Translations under genes and position numbers: made by a program
Source of the DNA: a virus
Virus record (IMG/VR): IMGVR_UViG_3300028025_000021
Span: 1 to 30,515 of that record
Reading direction: 5' to 3' (one strand)
Length of the DNA stretch: 30,515 nt
The notes under the pieces: generated by a model
Databases searched by the model: none
Told to the model about the DNA's origin: nothing
Seen by the model: only the letters and a program-made list of their open reading frames with translations
Part shown: in pieces, positions 1-6,075 of the stretch
Numbering within the stretch: position 1 is the stretch's first letter
Layout: each line of letters begins with the position of its first letter

Positions 1-127
1 ACTAAGTCAAAGTATTTATTGAATAGGTCTATTGCTTTTTCCTTTGGATTCATAGTTCCGAGTTTAAGTAGTTTAACTGCGCCTGAGTTAATTGAAATTG
101 TCCCTTTAACTGGTCTACTGAGTAGTT
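1..127. repeat. Terminal direct repeat, copy 1 (identical to 30389..30515)
   Basis: The first 127 nt recur exactly as the last 127 nt, at an offset of 30,388 nt. Coding continues across the junction: the stop of the 50..637 gene overlaps the ATG (position 53 = 30441) of the 61-aa gene as ATGA. Confidence 0.95.
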
Positions 128-637
128 ACCTGACAGTATAGAAGTGATAGCACCTTTTAAACGCTCATCTGTAATAGATGGCTTTTGTGTTTTAATAGCT
201 TCGGTAGCCGTGTTTCCGTCGTCATCGATTGCCTGTAAACTCAAAAGTGATTGACAAGTCGCTCTCCGAAAGTACGTCACGGCAGCAATCCGTTTTTGGG
301 GGTCTGTTATCTCAGGAAGTACTAAAGATGAAGTAACCATTTGACCAGTCTCACAGTCTATTATCTGTGATTCTACGATGTTATCTACACAAGGCTGTAA
401 TAAGATAAGACCGTGTTTAAATAGGGATGGCTCAACAGCTTCTAGAATGGTGTTTAAATCAGCGTAGCGGCTTTTAAAAAACGGATTGTCGTTACCTTTG
501 ACTACTTTACCAATTTCTTGTTTAGCTCTCCACAGCTTTTGGTAGATGTTACCTACTACTTCAGGTTCTTGCTCTACTGGTGTAATAGGGTTTACTAGGT
601 CTAACGCCTCTTCAAATGTTAACTCTTTCTTTTTCAT
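50..637 (-). CDS. erf: ERF-family single-strand annealing protein (recombinase)
   Basis: The ORF track start at 673 is TTG. The ATG at 637 forms an ATGA overlap with the upstream 49-aa ORF. Motifs NPFFKSRYADLNTILEAVEPSLFKHGL and TYFRRATCQSLLSLQAIDDDGN resemble P22 Erf-type annealases. Confidence 0.8.
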   Translation of the reverse strand: MKKKELTFEEALDLVNPITPVEQEPEVVGNIYQKLWRAKQEIGKVVKGNDNPFFKSRYADLNTILEAVEPSLFKHGLILLQPCVDNIVESQIIDCETGQMVTSSLVLPEITDPQKRIAAVTYFRRATCQSLLSLQAIDDDGNTATEAIKTQKPSITDERLKGAITSILSGNYSVDQLKGQFQLTQAQLNYLNSEL

Positions 638-783
638 TGTTCTGCTTTTATATTGATTATTAATTGTTTCCAAATGTCCGCCTTTACATAGGCATCTAAT
701 TCACTGTACGCAGCTACTACTTTCACTGCTTTGCGCCATTTACCATCGTAAAAAGCTCTGTAATTTACTAGATAATTCCTCAT
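634..783 (-). CDS. Hypothetical 49-aa protein (below the ORF-track length cutoff)
   Basis: ATG at 783 lies 22 nt downstream of a TATATTTG promoter box. It encodes MRNYLVNYRAFYDGKWRKAVKVVAAYSELDAYVKADIWKQLIINIKAEQ, and its TGA overlaps the erf ATG (ATGA coupling). Confidence 0.45.
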   Translation of the reverse strand: MRNYLVNYRAFYDGKWRKAVKVVAAYSELDAYVKADIWKQLIINIKAEQ

Positions 784-804
784 TTTTCTTGCTTTTGTTA
801 TACG

Positions 805-833
805 CAAATATAACTATAATTTAAATATTACAA
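805..833 (-). promoter_or_regulatory. Bacteroidota-type promoter (TTG-N18-TATATTTG) driving the 49-aa/erf operon
   Basis: The minus strand reads TTG (833..831), an 18-nt spacer, then TATATTTG (812..805) followed by CGTATAACA. This is nearly identical to the box at 6165..6193 (TATATTTGCATATAACA) and matches the known Bacteroidetes -33 TTG / -7 TAnnTTTG consensus. Confidence 0.5.
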
Positions 834-1295
834 AAATTTTCTAATAAAATTGTCTCTAGCTATAACTGCTTCTTCAATTGTCTTATAAGTTCCTATTGAT
901 TTTTTAATATTGTTAATTGTCATTCTGACCAAATAAGCATTGCTATTTAAATATATATTCGATTCTCCTGTTTTAGAATTTTTGTCTTTACTTGAATTTT
1001 GTCTATTTGTTATATATTGAAGATTTGATAAATTATTATTTTCCTTGTTGTTATCAATATGGTCTATTACGTATTGTCTACAAGATTTAATACCACAAAA
1101 AGCATGGTACACTATTCTATGTACAAGGTGGCTTGATGTTTTCTTTTCTTTCCATAAACCAACCATAAAATAACCATTTGATGATTTTACTTGTTTTAAT
1201 ATTTTTTCCTTATTAAACATTAAACTTTTTACTCTGCCCAGATTACTTACTTGATAAATTCCTTCATAGTCAGGTATATCTTTCCAAACTTCCAT
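828..1295 (-). CDS. Free-standing HNH homing endonuclease (NUMOD4 + HNH_3 + AP2/IENR-like DNA-binding tail)
   Basis: It has WKDIPDYEGIYQVSNLGRVKS (NUMOD4-like), VHRIV...IDHIDNNKENNNLSNLQYITNRQN (HNH core) and YLVRMTINNIKKSIGTYKTIEEAVIARD (AP2-like). The gene is visibly more AT-rich than its neighbours. Confidence 0.85.
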   Translation of the reverse strand: MEVWKDIPDYEGIYQVSNLGRVKSLMFNKEKILKQVKSSNGYFMVGLWKEKKTSSHLVHRIVYHAFCGIKSCRQYVIDHIDNNKENNNLSNLQYITNRQNSSKDKNSKTGESNIYLNSNAYLVRMTINNIKKSIGTYKTIEEAVIARDNFIRKFL

Positions 1296-1300
1296 AAAAT

Positions 1301-1376
1301 AAAAAACCTTGATGCTTTCGAGGTTGCGGTCTCTACTAACATCAAGGACTTAATACGTTTACAATGTAGCCGCAAC
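1301..1376 (-). promoter_or_regulatory. Interleaved double stem (pseudoknot or attenuator topology) with a T-run immediately 5' of the HNH start codon
   Basis: Stem B is CCTTGATG 1307..1314 paired with CATCAAGG 1340..1347 and is followed on the minus strand by T6 (1306..1301). Stem A is GTTGCGG 1323..1329 paired with CCGCAAC 1370..1376. One arm of stem A sits in the loop of stem B. Confidence 0.4.
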
Positions 1377-1400
1377 TCTACAATACTAATATAATAATAT

Positions 1401-1916
1401 TTACTGTGTTTTTATTTTTTCTTTGTAATATGTTATTAACATTTTTAACTCATCTATTGTCCATTTTTTAGTGATATGTGCTTGTTCATGTAATAAAATA
1501 AGTTTATCTGACCCGATACGCTTTTGTATTCCAATTTGGTAGTTAAGTAAATTTCCAGAAAGTTCAACATTACATTTGTAGCAACTACTATGTACGTTAT
1601 CTTCATGAAACCTGACGTTTGAATGTCCGCCTGAACTAAAGTAATGCGATGCGTGAGTAACTCCTTTAATTTGCTTATCACACGATATGCAGTTTAGTCC
1701 TTTGTCTCTATGGCGAATCCATTTGTTAAACGTCATCTGTGCTAACTTCAACCAGTCCTGTAAAGACATTAGTTCTTTTTTTAACTGCGTCTTTTTAGCC
1801 TTCCATTGCTTTTCCTTTTCTTTGTCAACCCATACTTTCACGCATTCAGGTTCTAAGCAATACTTTTGGAGAAAGCGTATAGGTTCAAATTTCTCTTTGC
1901 AGTTTTTACAGCGCAT
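1401..1916 (-). CDS. ninG: NinG/Rap-family recombination endonuclease
   Basis: Colinear with lambda NinG: an N-terminal CKNCKEKF...YCLEPEC zinc motif, a basic coiled linker, then NCISCD...HASHYFSSGGHSNVRFHEDNVHSSCYKCNVELSGNLLNY...KKWTIDELK. Confidence 0.9.
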   Translation of the reverse strand: MRCKNCKEKFEPIRFLQKYCLEPECVKVWVDKEKEKQWKAKKTQLKKELMSLQDWLKLAQMTFNKWIRHRDKGLNCISCDKQIKGVTHASHYFSSGGHSNVRFHEDNVHSSCYKCNVELSGNLLNYQIGIQKRIGSDKLILLHEQAHITKKWTIDELKMLITYYKEKIKTQ

Positions 1917-1941
1917 ATTATTTCGTTTTAGTTATGCTTTA

Positions 1942-2017
1942 CGCAACTGTTGCGCCTAGCAACTAGTTAGTAGTAACCCTAAACGGGTCGCTATCGCTTA
2001 CTACTAACAAACGATAG
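1942..2017 (-). promoter_or_regulatory. Structured leader upstream of ninG (11-bp perfect hairpin plus an interleaved 6-bp stem and a CGCAAC/GTTGCG mini-hairpin)
   Basis: GTTAGTAGTAA 1966..1976 pairs with TTACTACTAAC 1998..2008. CTATCG 1991..1996 pairs with CGATAG 2012..2017, and one arm of this stem lies in the first loop. CGCAA-CTG-TTGCG forms a small hairpin at 1942..1954. No T-run follows, so this is not a terminator. Confidence 0.35.
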
Positions 2018-2037
2018 GCAATATAAAAAGAAAACCT

Positions 2038-2214
2038 TTAAATTATATTTCTGTTATTATATCCTCCATATACAACAGTCTTTTTAGCTTTGATTTTATT
2101 TAAACGCTCTATTTCCTTTTGTAGTTTGTTCACTTCAGATACTAATTCATTTAGTTTTTCAATCAGCATAACTTCAATACCTGTATATTCCTTTTCTATT
2201 TTAATTTTTTTCAT
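2038..2214 (-). CDS. Hypothetical 58-aa coiled-coil protein (below the ORF-track cutoff)
   Basis: ATG at 2214 and TAA at 2038..2040. It encodes MKKIKIEKEYTGIEVMLIEKLNELVSEVNKLQKEIERLNKIKAKKTVVYGGYNNRNII and fills an otherwise non-coding gap on the coding strand. Confidence 0.4.
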   Translation of the reverse strand: MKKIKIEKEYTGIEVMLIEKLNELVSEVNKLQKEIERLNKIKAKKTVVYGGYNNRNII

Positions 2215-2262
2215 CTTTAATTTATTATTGTGTTTTCTTTTTTCATCGCCTATCGATGTCCG

Positions 2263-2562
2263 TTATATGCCATTCATTAAATTATTGTTCATTATTTCCA
2301 ACTGTTCTACTTTTCTTGACAGTTCCATGTTTTCACGGTGTAGGTTGTAGTTAACGCTTTTTAAAGTGTTTAATTCCTTCTCAGAGACGAACAGGTGCAT
2401 TAATACCTCTTTCATTTCTTCTAGGTGTTTCTTTGTGCCTATCCTAAATGGTTCGTGTTTTGGTTCGTTTAACTGCTCCAGTCTCTTTAACTCCATCGAC
2501 AAGCTGCCTATTATTGCGCTTACTTGTGTTTGGCTTAGTAAATGGTCTAAATCATTTATCAT
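2263..2562 (-). CDS. Hypothetical protein (99 aa from ATG 2562)
   Basis: The track start at 2586 is TTG and lies inside the helicase gene end. The first ATG (MINDLDHLL...) is 12 nt after the helicase stop. The protein looks helical or coiled-coil. Confidence 0.6.
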   Translation of the reverse strand: MINDLDHLLSQTQVSAIIGSLSMELKRLEQLNEPKHEPFRIGTKKHLEEMKEVLMHLFVSEKELNTLKSVNYNLHRENMELSRKVEQLEIMNNNLMNGI

Positions 2563-2573
2563 AGTTCTTGTTT

Positions 2574-3578
2574 TTAAAATGGACAATCGTCAGGTTTAAC
2601 GTAATTCAAGCTGTTGTTTATTTGTATTTCTGTTTGTTTAGGTTGTATCGTGTTTCTGTTGGCATATATTCTGTTTCCTTTCCAGTCTAGCATATAGTAC
2701 TGATAACGCTCTACGTCTAAAAACATTCGATACGTTCCGTTTTTTGATACGCCTTTTGGTTTACTCTTTGCTACTTTCAAATGTACTTCGTTTTTTTCGC
2801 ATATAGAACCATCTTCATTTCTTAGTCCGTAAGGTGGTCGCCATGGAATTAATACACAAAGTCCTTTCCTGAACCATACCTGACCTCCAGCAAAGTCTCT
2901 AGCACTAGGAGTAGGAAAGTAGGTTATCTTCGTTCCTACGGCATTTTCTGTTGTTATTGGTGTTTGGTCTCTAACATGGTTTATTATGCAGTTATGCCTT
3001 CCTGTTTTACGTGCGTTCTTTCTTGCTAGTCCAAGTATTCGAGATAGGTATTTGTCTTCCCTTCCTAAATCACTAGGCTCAAACTTTTCTGTCAATTCAT
3101 TCCATGGGTCTATAGTGGTGGTATGAATTTTTAAATCGTGTTTTCGTTCAATGCTATCCACCAAATCATAAAAGTCTGTTAAGGTCAAATCTTCGTCTAT
3201 TGGGTCAACTACTATAAAATGCTTGTCAACAAACATCTCAGCTCGTATCTGTTCGCCTTGTGTCATTGAATTTTCTCCTATTGTGTATGGTTTACCAATA
3301 TACTTGTAGCAAAGTTCTGCATATATCTCAGCAGCATTACCAGTCTCAGGTGAGAATATAACATGATTCCAGTTGTGTAAGCATGAAAGATTGATTAAAA
3401 ACTCGAACCATAACTCGGTCTTTCCTGAAGCTGGAGCTGCACCTATGTAAGTAGTACATCCCTCTTTTACCGTGTACGGCAATACATCCCAATCCCAACC
3501 AACAGATTTACCTTTGACATTTTTTAGTTGTCTAATATCGTGCATTTGAGTATTTACCTCAGATAGTCTTTTGTACAT
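2574..3578 (-). CDS. DnaB-C/RecA-fold replicative helicase-like ATPase
   Basis: Walker A is GAAPASGKT and a Walker B-like HFIVVDPID is present. It follows the replisome organiser with a TAATG overlap. There is no N-terminal DnaB domain or primase domain. Confidence 0.7.
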   Translation of the reverse strand: MYKRLSEVNTQMHDIRQLKNVKGKSVGWDWDVLPYTVKEGCTTYIGAAPASGKTELWFEFLINLSCLHNWNHVIFSPETGNAAEIYAELCYKYIGKPYTIGENSMTQGEQIRAEMFVDKHFIVVDPIDEDLTLTDFYDLVDSIERKHDLKIHTTTIDPWNELTEKFEPSDLGREDKYLSRILGLARKNARKTGRHNCIINHVRDQTPITTENAVGTKITYFPTPSARDFAGGQVWFRKGLCVLIPWRPPYGLRNEDGSICEKNEVHLKVAKSKPKGVSKNGTYRMFLDVERYQYYMLDWKGNRIYANRNTIQPKQTEIQINNSLNYVKPDDCPF

Positions 3579-4174
3579 TAGTCAATTATTACAGGGTGAG
3601 ACATTATTCCTTTTAACTTGTTTTTATCTGCGTCATCTTCCCAAGTTCTTACAGCAGCTTTCCAATCTTTCATTTTATTTTTACCAACCATCCAACCTTT
3701 AGAAGCGTAAAAATTAACAAATTTATTAGCATCTACAAGATTGTTTCTTTCTTTACAATATTCCATAACTTCCTGAACAGTTGGTGTACTAAATACTTTC
3801 TTTATTTCTTTATATTCTTTAGTTGTTGCCCTTTGACTACCCCTTTGACTGCCCTGTTCATTGTCGCAACCTTGCAGTTTATCCCATTTTACTAGGGTTA
3901 CAGCTTGCCATTTGTTTGTCGTAAATCTTACTACTTCTTTTGAGCTTTCTAGCTTGCTCATAGCTAGCCTAATTTGCTTAACTGATAAGCCAACTTCCTT
4001 AGCTAAACTTTCCCAACTGGTAATCATTGAACCAGCTTTAACAGTTTGACCTTTCCATTGTTTATCTTCATAGTTTACTGACACAAGCAAATGCAAAAGC
4101 ACTCTAGTTGCATTATGGTCATCGTACCACTCCCAATCTTTTAAAGACCGATGTAGTTTAATCCAACCGCTCAT
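3578..4174 (-). CDS. Replisome organiser / replication initiator (DnaD / phage O-like winged helix)
   Basis: The N-terminus WIKLHRSLKDWEWYDD...ITSWESLAKEVGLSVKQIRLAMSKLE is typical of phage replisome organisers. A conserved C-terminal FVNFYASKGWMVGKNKMKDWKAAVRTWE is present. The linker contains a GSQRGSQR repeat encoded by a tandem 12-mer. Confidence 0.7.
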   Translation of the reverse strand: MSGWIKLHRSLKDWEWYDDHNATRVLLHLLVSVNYEDKQWKGQTVKAGSMITSWESLAKEVGLSVKQIRLAMSKLESSKEVVRFTTNKWQAVTLVKWDKLQGCDNEQGSQRGSQRATTKEYKEIKKVFSTPTVQEVMEYCKERNNLVDANKFVNFYASKGWMVGKNKMKDWKAAVRTWEDDADKNKLKGIMSHPVIID

Positions 4175-4340
4175 ATCTATAGCTATGTAAGTATTTAATC
4201 AATGTGTACGCTTGTTTGTCATCTAAACAAACTGAAACAGCTTTTCCATCTGTAACAATTTCAAAACAAACAAAATCACCAATAGAAACTATCATTTCGT
4301 CGTCATCTGAATATTGACATTTTAAATAAATTTCACTCAT
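4158..4340 (-). CDS. Hypothetical 60-aa protein
   Basis: ATG-initiated ORF on the coding strand, immediately downstream of a terminator. It overlaps the organiser gene start by 17 nt. Confidence 0.5.
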   Translation of the reverse strand: MSEIYLKCQYSDDDEMIVSIGDFVCFEIVTDGKAVSVCLDDKQAYTLIKYLHSYRYERLD

Positions 4341-4359
4341 ATCATTAATTTTTAAGCAT

Positions 4360-4411
4360 AAAAAAACCCTATCAAATCTGTAGGAGTCTCACGTCTACAT
4401 CATTGACAGGG
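4360..4411 (-). terminator. Rho-independent terminator (long interrupted hairpin plus T7)
   Basis: The minus strand reads CCCTGTCAA-TGA-TGTAG...CTACA-GAT-TTGATAGGG followed by TTTTTTT (4366..4360). It lies downstream of the DnaA-like gene. Confidence 0.6.
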
Positions 4412-4457
4412 TAAATAATTCCTGTTGGTTAACTATGTTTGAGACTCTAACCAGTTA

Positions 4458-4465
4458 CAAATATA
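4458..4465 (-). promoter_or_regulatory. Isolated TATATTTG (-7-like) box without a -33 TTG
   Basis: The minus strand reads TAGTTATATTTG, the same context as the box at 805..812, but there is no TTG at the 18-nt spacing. It lies between a gene stop and a terminator. Confidence 0.25.
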
Positions 4466-4486
4466 ACTATTATTTTCTAATTTGTT

Positions 4487-4882
4487 TTATGTCAAGTAAA
4501 CACCTGAGTGAATTTTTTGCTTGATAACTAACAAGTCAGTGTAATCATTAGCTGATAAAACGTCATCAAATATGCTTGACTGGATGTTCTTATTCATAGC
4601 TATGAAATCGTGTTTTATTTGCGCTATGTCTGTTCTGTAAATGACGTCACCTACTTGAGTGTATGTCCTATGCTTTTTAATTGCATGAATTACCGTAGCA
4701 TGGTCTCTGTCAAATAGTTTACCTATTGCTTCAAGTGACATTCCTAAACTCCTCAACTTGAACATTATATAACTCCTCATGCCTACCAGCTCACGTTTTC
4801 TGCTTCTGCTTGACAAGTTGTATTTATCTATTAAAGTAATTGCGTTACTTACCTTTGATTTGTCACTATTTATCGTCTTCAT
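4487..4882 (-). CDS. DnaA domain IV-like helix-turn-helix DNA-binding protein
   Basis: The track start at 4891 is TTG, and the ATG at 4882 gives MKTINSD.... The segment RKRELVGMRSYIMFKLRSLGMSLEAIGKLFDRDHATVIHAIKK matches the DnaA C-terminal signature (R..i...R...MYL.r......IG..f.rdHsTV.ha). Confidence 0.6.
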   Translation of the reverse strand: MKTINSDKSKVSNAITLIDKYNLSSRSRKRELVGMRSYIMFKLRSLGMSLEAIGKLFDRDHATVIHAIKKHRTYTQVGDVIYRTDIAQIKHDFIAMNKNIQSSIFDDVLSANDYTDLLVIKQKIHSGVYLT

Positions 4883-4979
4883 CTCCTCCAAAATATTCCC
4901 AAAATTTCATACCCATCCACATACCTACTGATACACCTAAACAGAATGCACCAAAGAATAAAGCTAAATCTTCTGTCAT
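4866..4979 (-). CDS. Possible 37-aa membrane micro-protein
   Basis: ATG at 4979 lies 4 nt after the upstream stop. It encodes MTEDLALFFGAFCLGVSVGMWMGMKFWEYFGGDEDDK, which is one hydrophobic helix plus an acidic tail. It overlaps the next start by 17 nt. Confidence 0.3.
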   Translation of the reverse strand: MTEDLALFFGAFCLGVSVGMWMGMKFWEYFGGDEDDK

Positions 4980-4983
4980 AATT

Positions 4984-5241
4984 CTACATTTTGTGTTCTA
5001 CATTTTGTAAAACCCACTGCCTAAATGCCTGTTGGATTCCTATCTGCTGCTCCATTGCTTCCATGTTAGCACCATTTAAAACACGGTCATCTAACTTTCT
5101 AATCTGAGCAATTAAGTTGTTAACGTGCATCTTTGCACTTCTTTCAAACTCCTTGTCCTCTACTAGGTCTTCAAGGAAGTCTGCTATCACTGGCAGTATC
5201 GAAACACTCGCCACAATTTTAATCTGATTGTCTAACATCAT
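4984..5241 (-). CDS. Hypothetical protein (85 aa)
   Basis: ATG-initiated ORF on the coding strand within the tightly coupled early operon. Confidence 0.55.
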   Translation of the reverse strand: MMLDNQIKIVASVSILPVIADFLEDLVEDKEFERSAKMHVNNLIAQIRKLDDRVLNGANMEAMEQQIGIQQAFRQWVLQNVEHKM

Positions 5242-5425
5242 TGTTTAATTTAGTTTTTAACTTCTCAATGTAAAGAGTAGCATCCATCAGCTCCTCCTGT
5301 AAATGGTTCAACCACTCCTTGACCAGTAGGTCATTTCGGTCTAACGTCTTTCCGTACTTTTCAATACCTCTGTCTGAGCGCTCTTTGTACTTGTCTCTAA
5401 CGCTTTCTACTATGCTATCTTTCAT
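5219..5425 (-). CDS. Hypothetical protein, possibly a MazG-like all-alpha NTP pyrophosphohydrolase
   Basis: RGIEKYGKTL...EWLNHLQEELMDATLYIEKL resembles the KYG...EE..D..Y core of small MazG-like proteins. This is motif-level evidence only. Confidence 0.4.
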   Translation of the reverse strand: MKDSIVESVRDKYKERSDRGIEKYGKTLDRNDLLVKEWLNHLQEELMDATLYIEKLKTKLNNDVRQSD

Positions 5426-5606
5426 ATACTTTTTGTTTGATTAGTTTATTGTCAATATACAATGAATGGGTGGTTATATTCTTGTTATTCGTTTTTTCAA
5501 CCCTTACATGAGCCAGTTCTTTGTCCTTAATAACTATCACAAACTCGGTCACATTATCTGCGCTGTGTTTAAACATCCAACGTCTAAAAAATCTCATTAG
5601 TCTCAT
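5415..5606 (-). CDS. Hypothetical protein (63 aa)
   Basis: ATG start with an ATGA overlap to the upstream gene. Confidence 0.5.
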   Translation of the reverse strand: MRLMRFFRRWMFKHSADNVTEFVIVIKDKELAHVRVEKTNNKNITTHSLYIDNKLIKQKVYER

Positions 5607-5803
5607 AGTTCAATAATGTATTTAATTTCTGTAAGTGGTGGTAGATTATCCTGAATTACTAATTTAGAGTACATCTCAACGGCTTTTAGTACGTCTGTGG
5701 CATCTATAGTCATTCCGCTTAGTAAAGTCTCGTCAGAAGCGTTTAAATCGCCTCGTTTTAAAAAGTACGTTATATGATACTTTCTCATGGTTATCTTATT
5801 CAT
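5603..5803 (-). CDS. Hypothetical protein (66 aa)
   Basis: ATG start with an ATGA overlap to the upstream gene. Confidence 0.5.
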   Translation of the reverse strand: MNKITMRKYHITYFLKRGDLNASDETLLSGMTIDATDVLKAVEMYSKLVIQDNLPPLTEIKYIIEL

Positions 5804-6075
5804 CTGTATCGTTCGTATTTAATGTGTTCAAATAATTCGTTTTCTAAGCTCTGAATTAGCTTTTCGTGTGCTGCATAGTTAACAGATGCTGACTTAATAA
5901 TGTCTTCGTAGCGCTGTCCGATTTCGTCACCTAAATCTGCTGTGACATCTCCGTAGCCGTAACACGTTTCACACTTCTCAGTCTGAAAACATCCACCGCA
6001 GCAGTCAGAAGCTGACCTACCGCAGTCTTTAAGGTACTCTACTCTACCTTCTCCTTGACAATCTAAACAAATCAT
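5800..6075 (-). CDS. Small DnaJ-type zinc-finger (CxxCxGxG x2) protein
   Basis: CLDCQGEG and CETCYGYG match the CXXCXGXG repeats of the DnaJ cysteine-rich domain. Additional Cys residues are present (DCCGGC). Confidence 0.55.
   Translation of the reverse strand: MICLDCQGEGRVEYLKDCGRSASDCCGGCFQTEKCETCYGYGDVTADLGDEIGQRYEDIIKSASVNYAAHEKLIQSLENELFEHIKYERYR

Noticed and set aside
1-127. Interpreting the 127-nt terminal repeat as a biological direct terminal repeat, or as a duplicated gene fragment.
   Set aside because: The exact identity, a length equal to a standard assembler k-mer, and uninterrupted gene coupling across the junction all favour a circular-assembly overlap. This is retained as a finding only because read-level terminus analysis could overturn it.
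1454-1681. A 75-aa minus-strand ORF nested in an alternative frame of ninG.
   Set aside because: It is entirely inside the well-supported NinG reading frame, has no independent signals, and its sequence is uninformative.
4341-4486. A possible tRNA gene in the structured intergenic region (a 7-bp GAGTCTC/GAGACTC pairing enclosing internal hairpins).
   Set aside because: The enclosed segment is only about 50 nt. There is no T-loop GTTCRANNC, no D-arm and no cloverleaf geometry.
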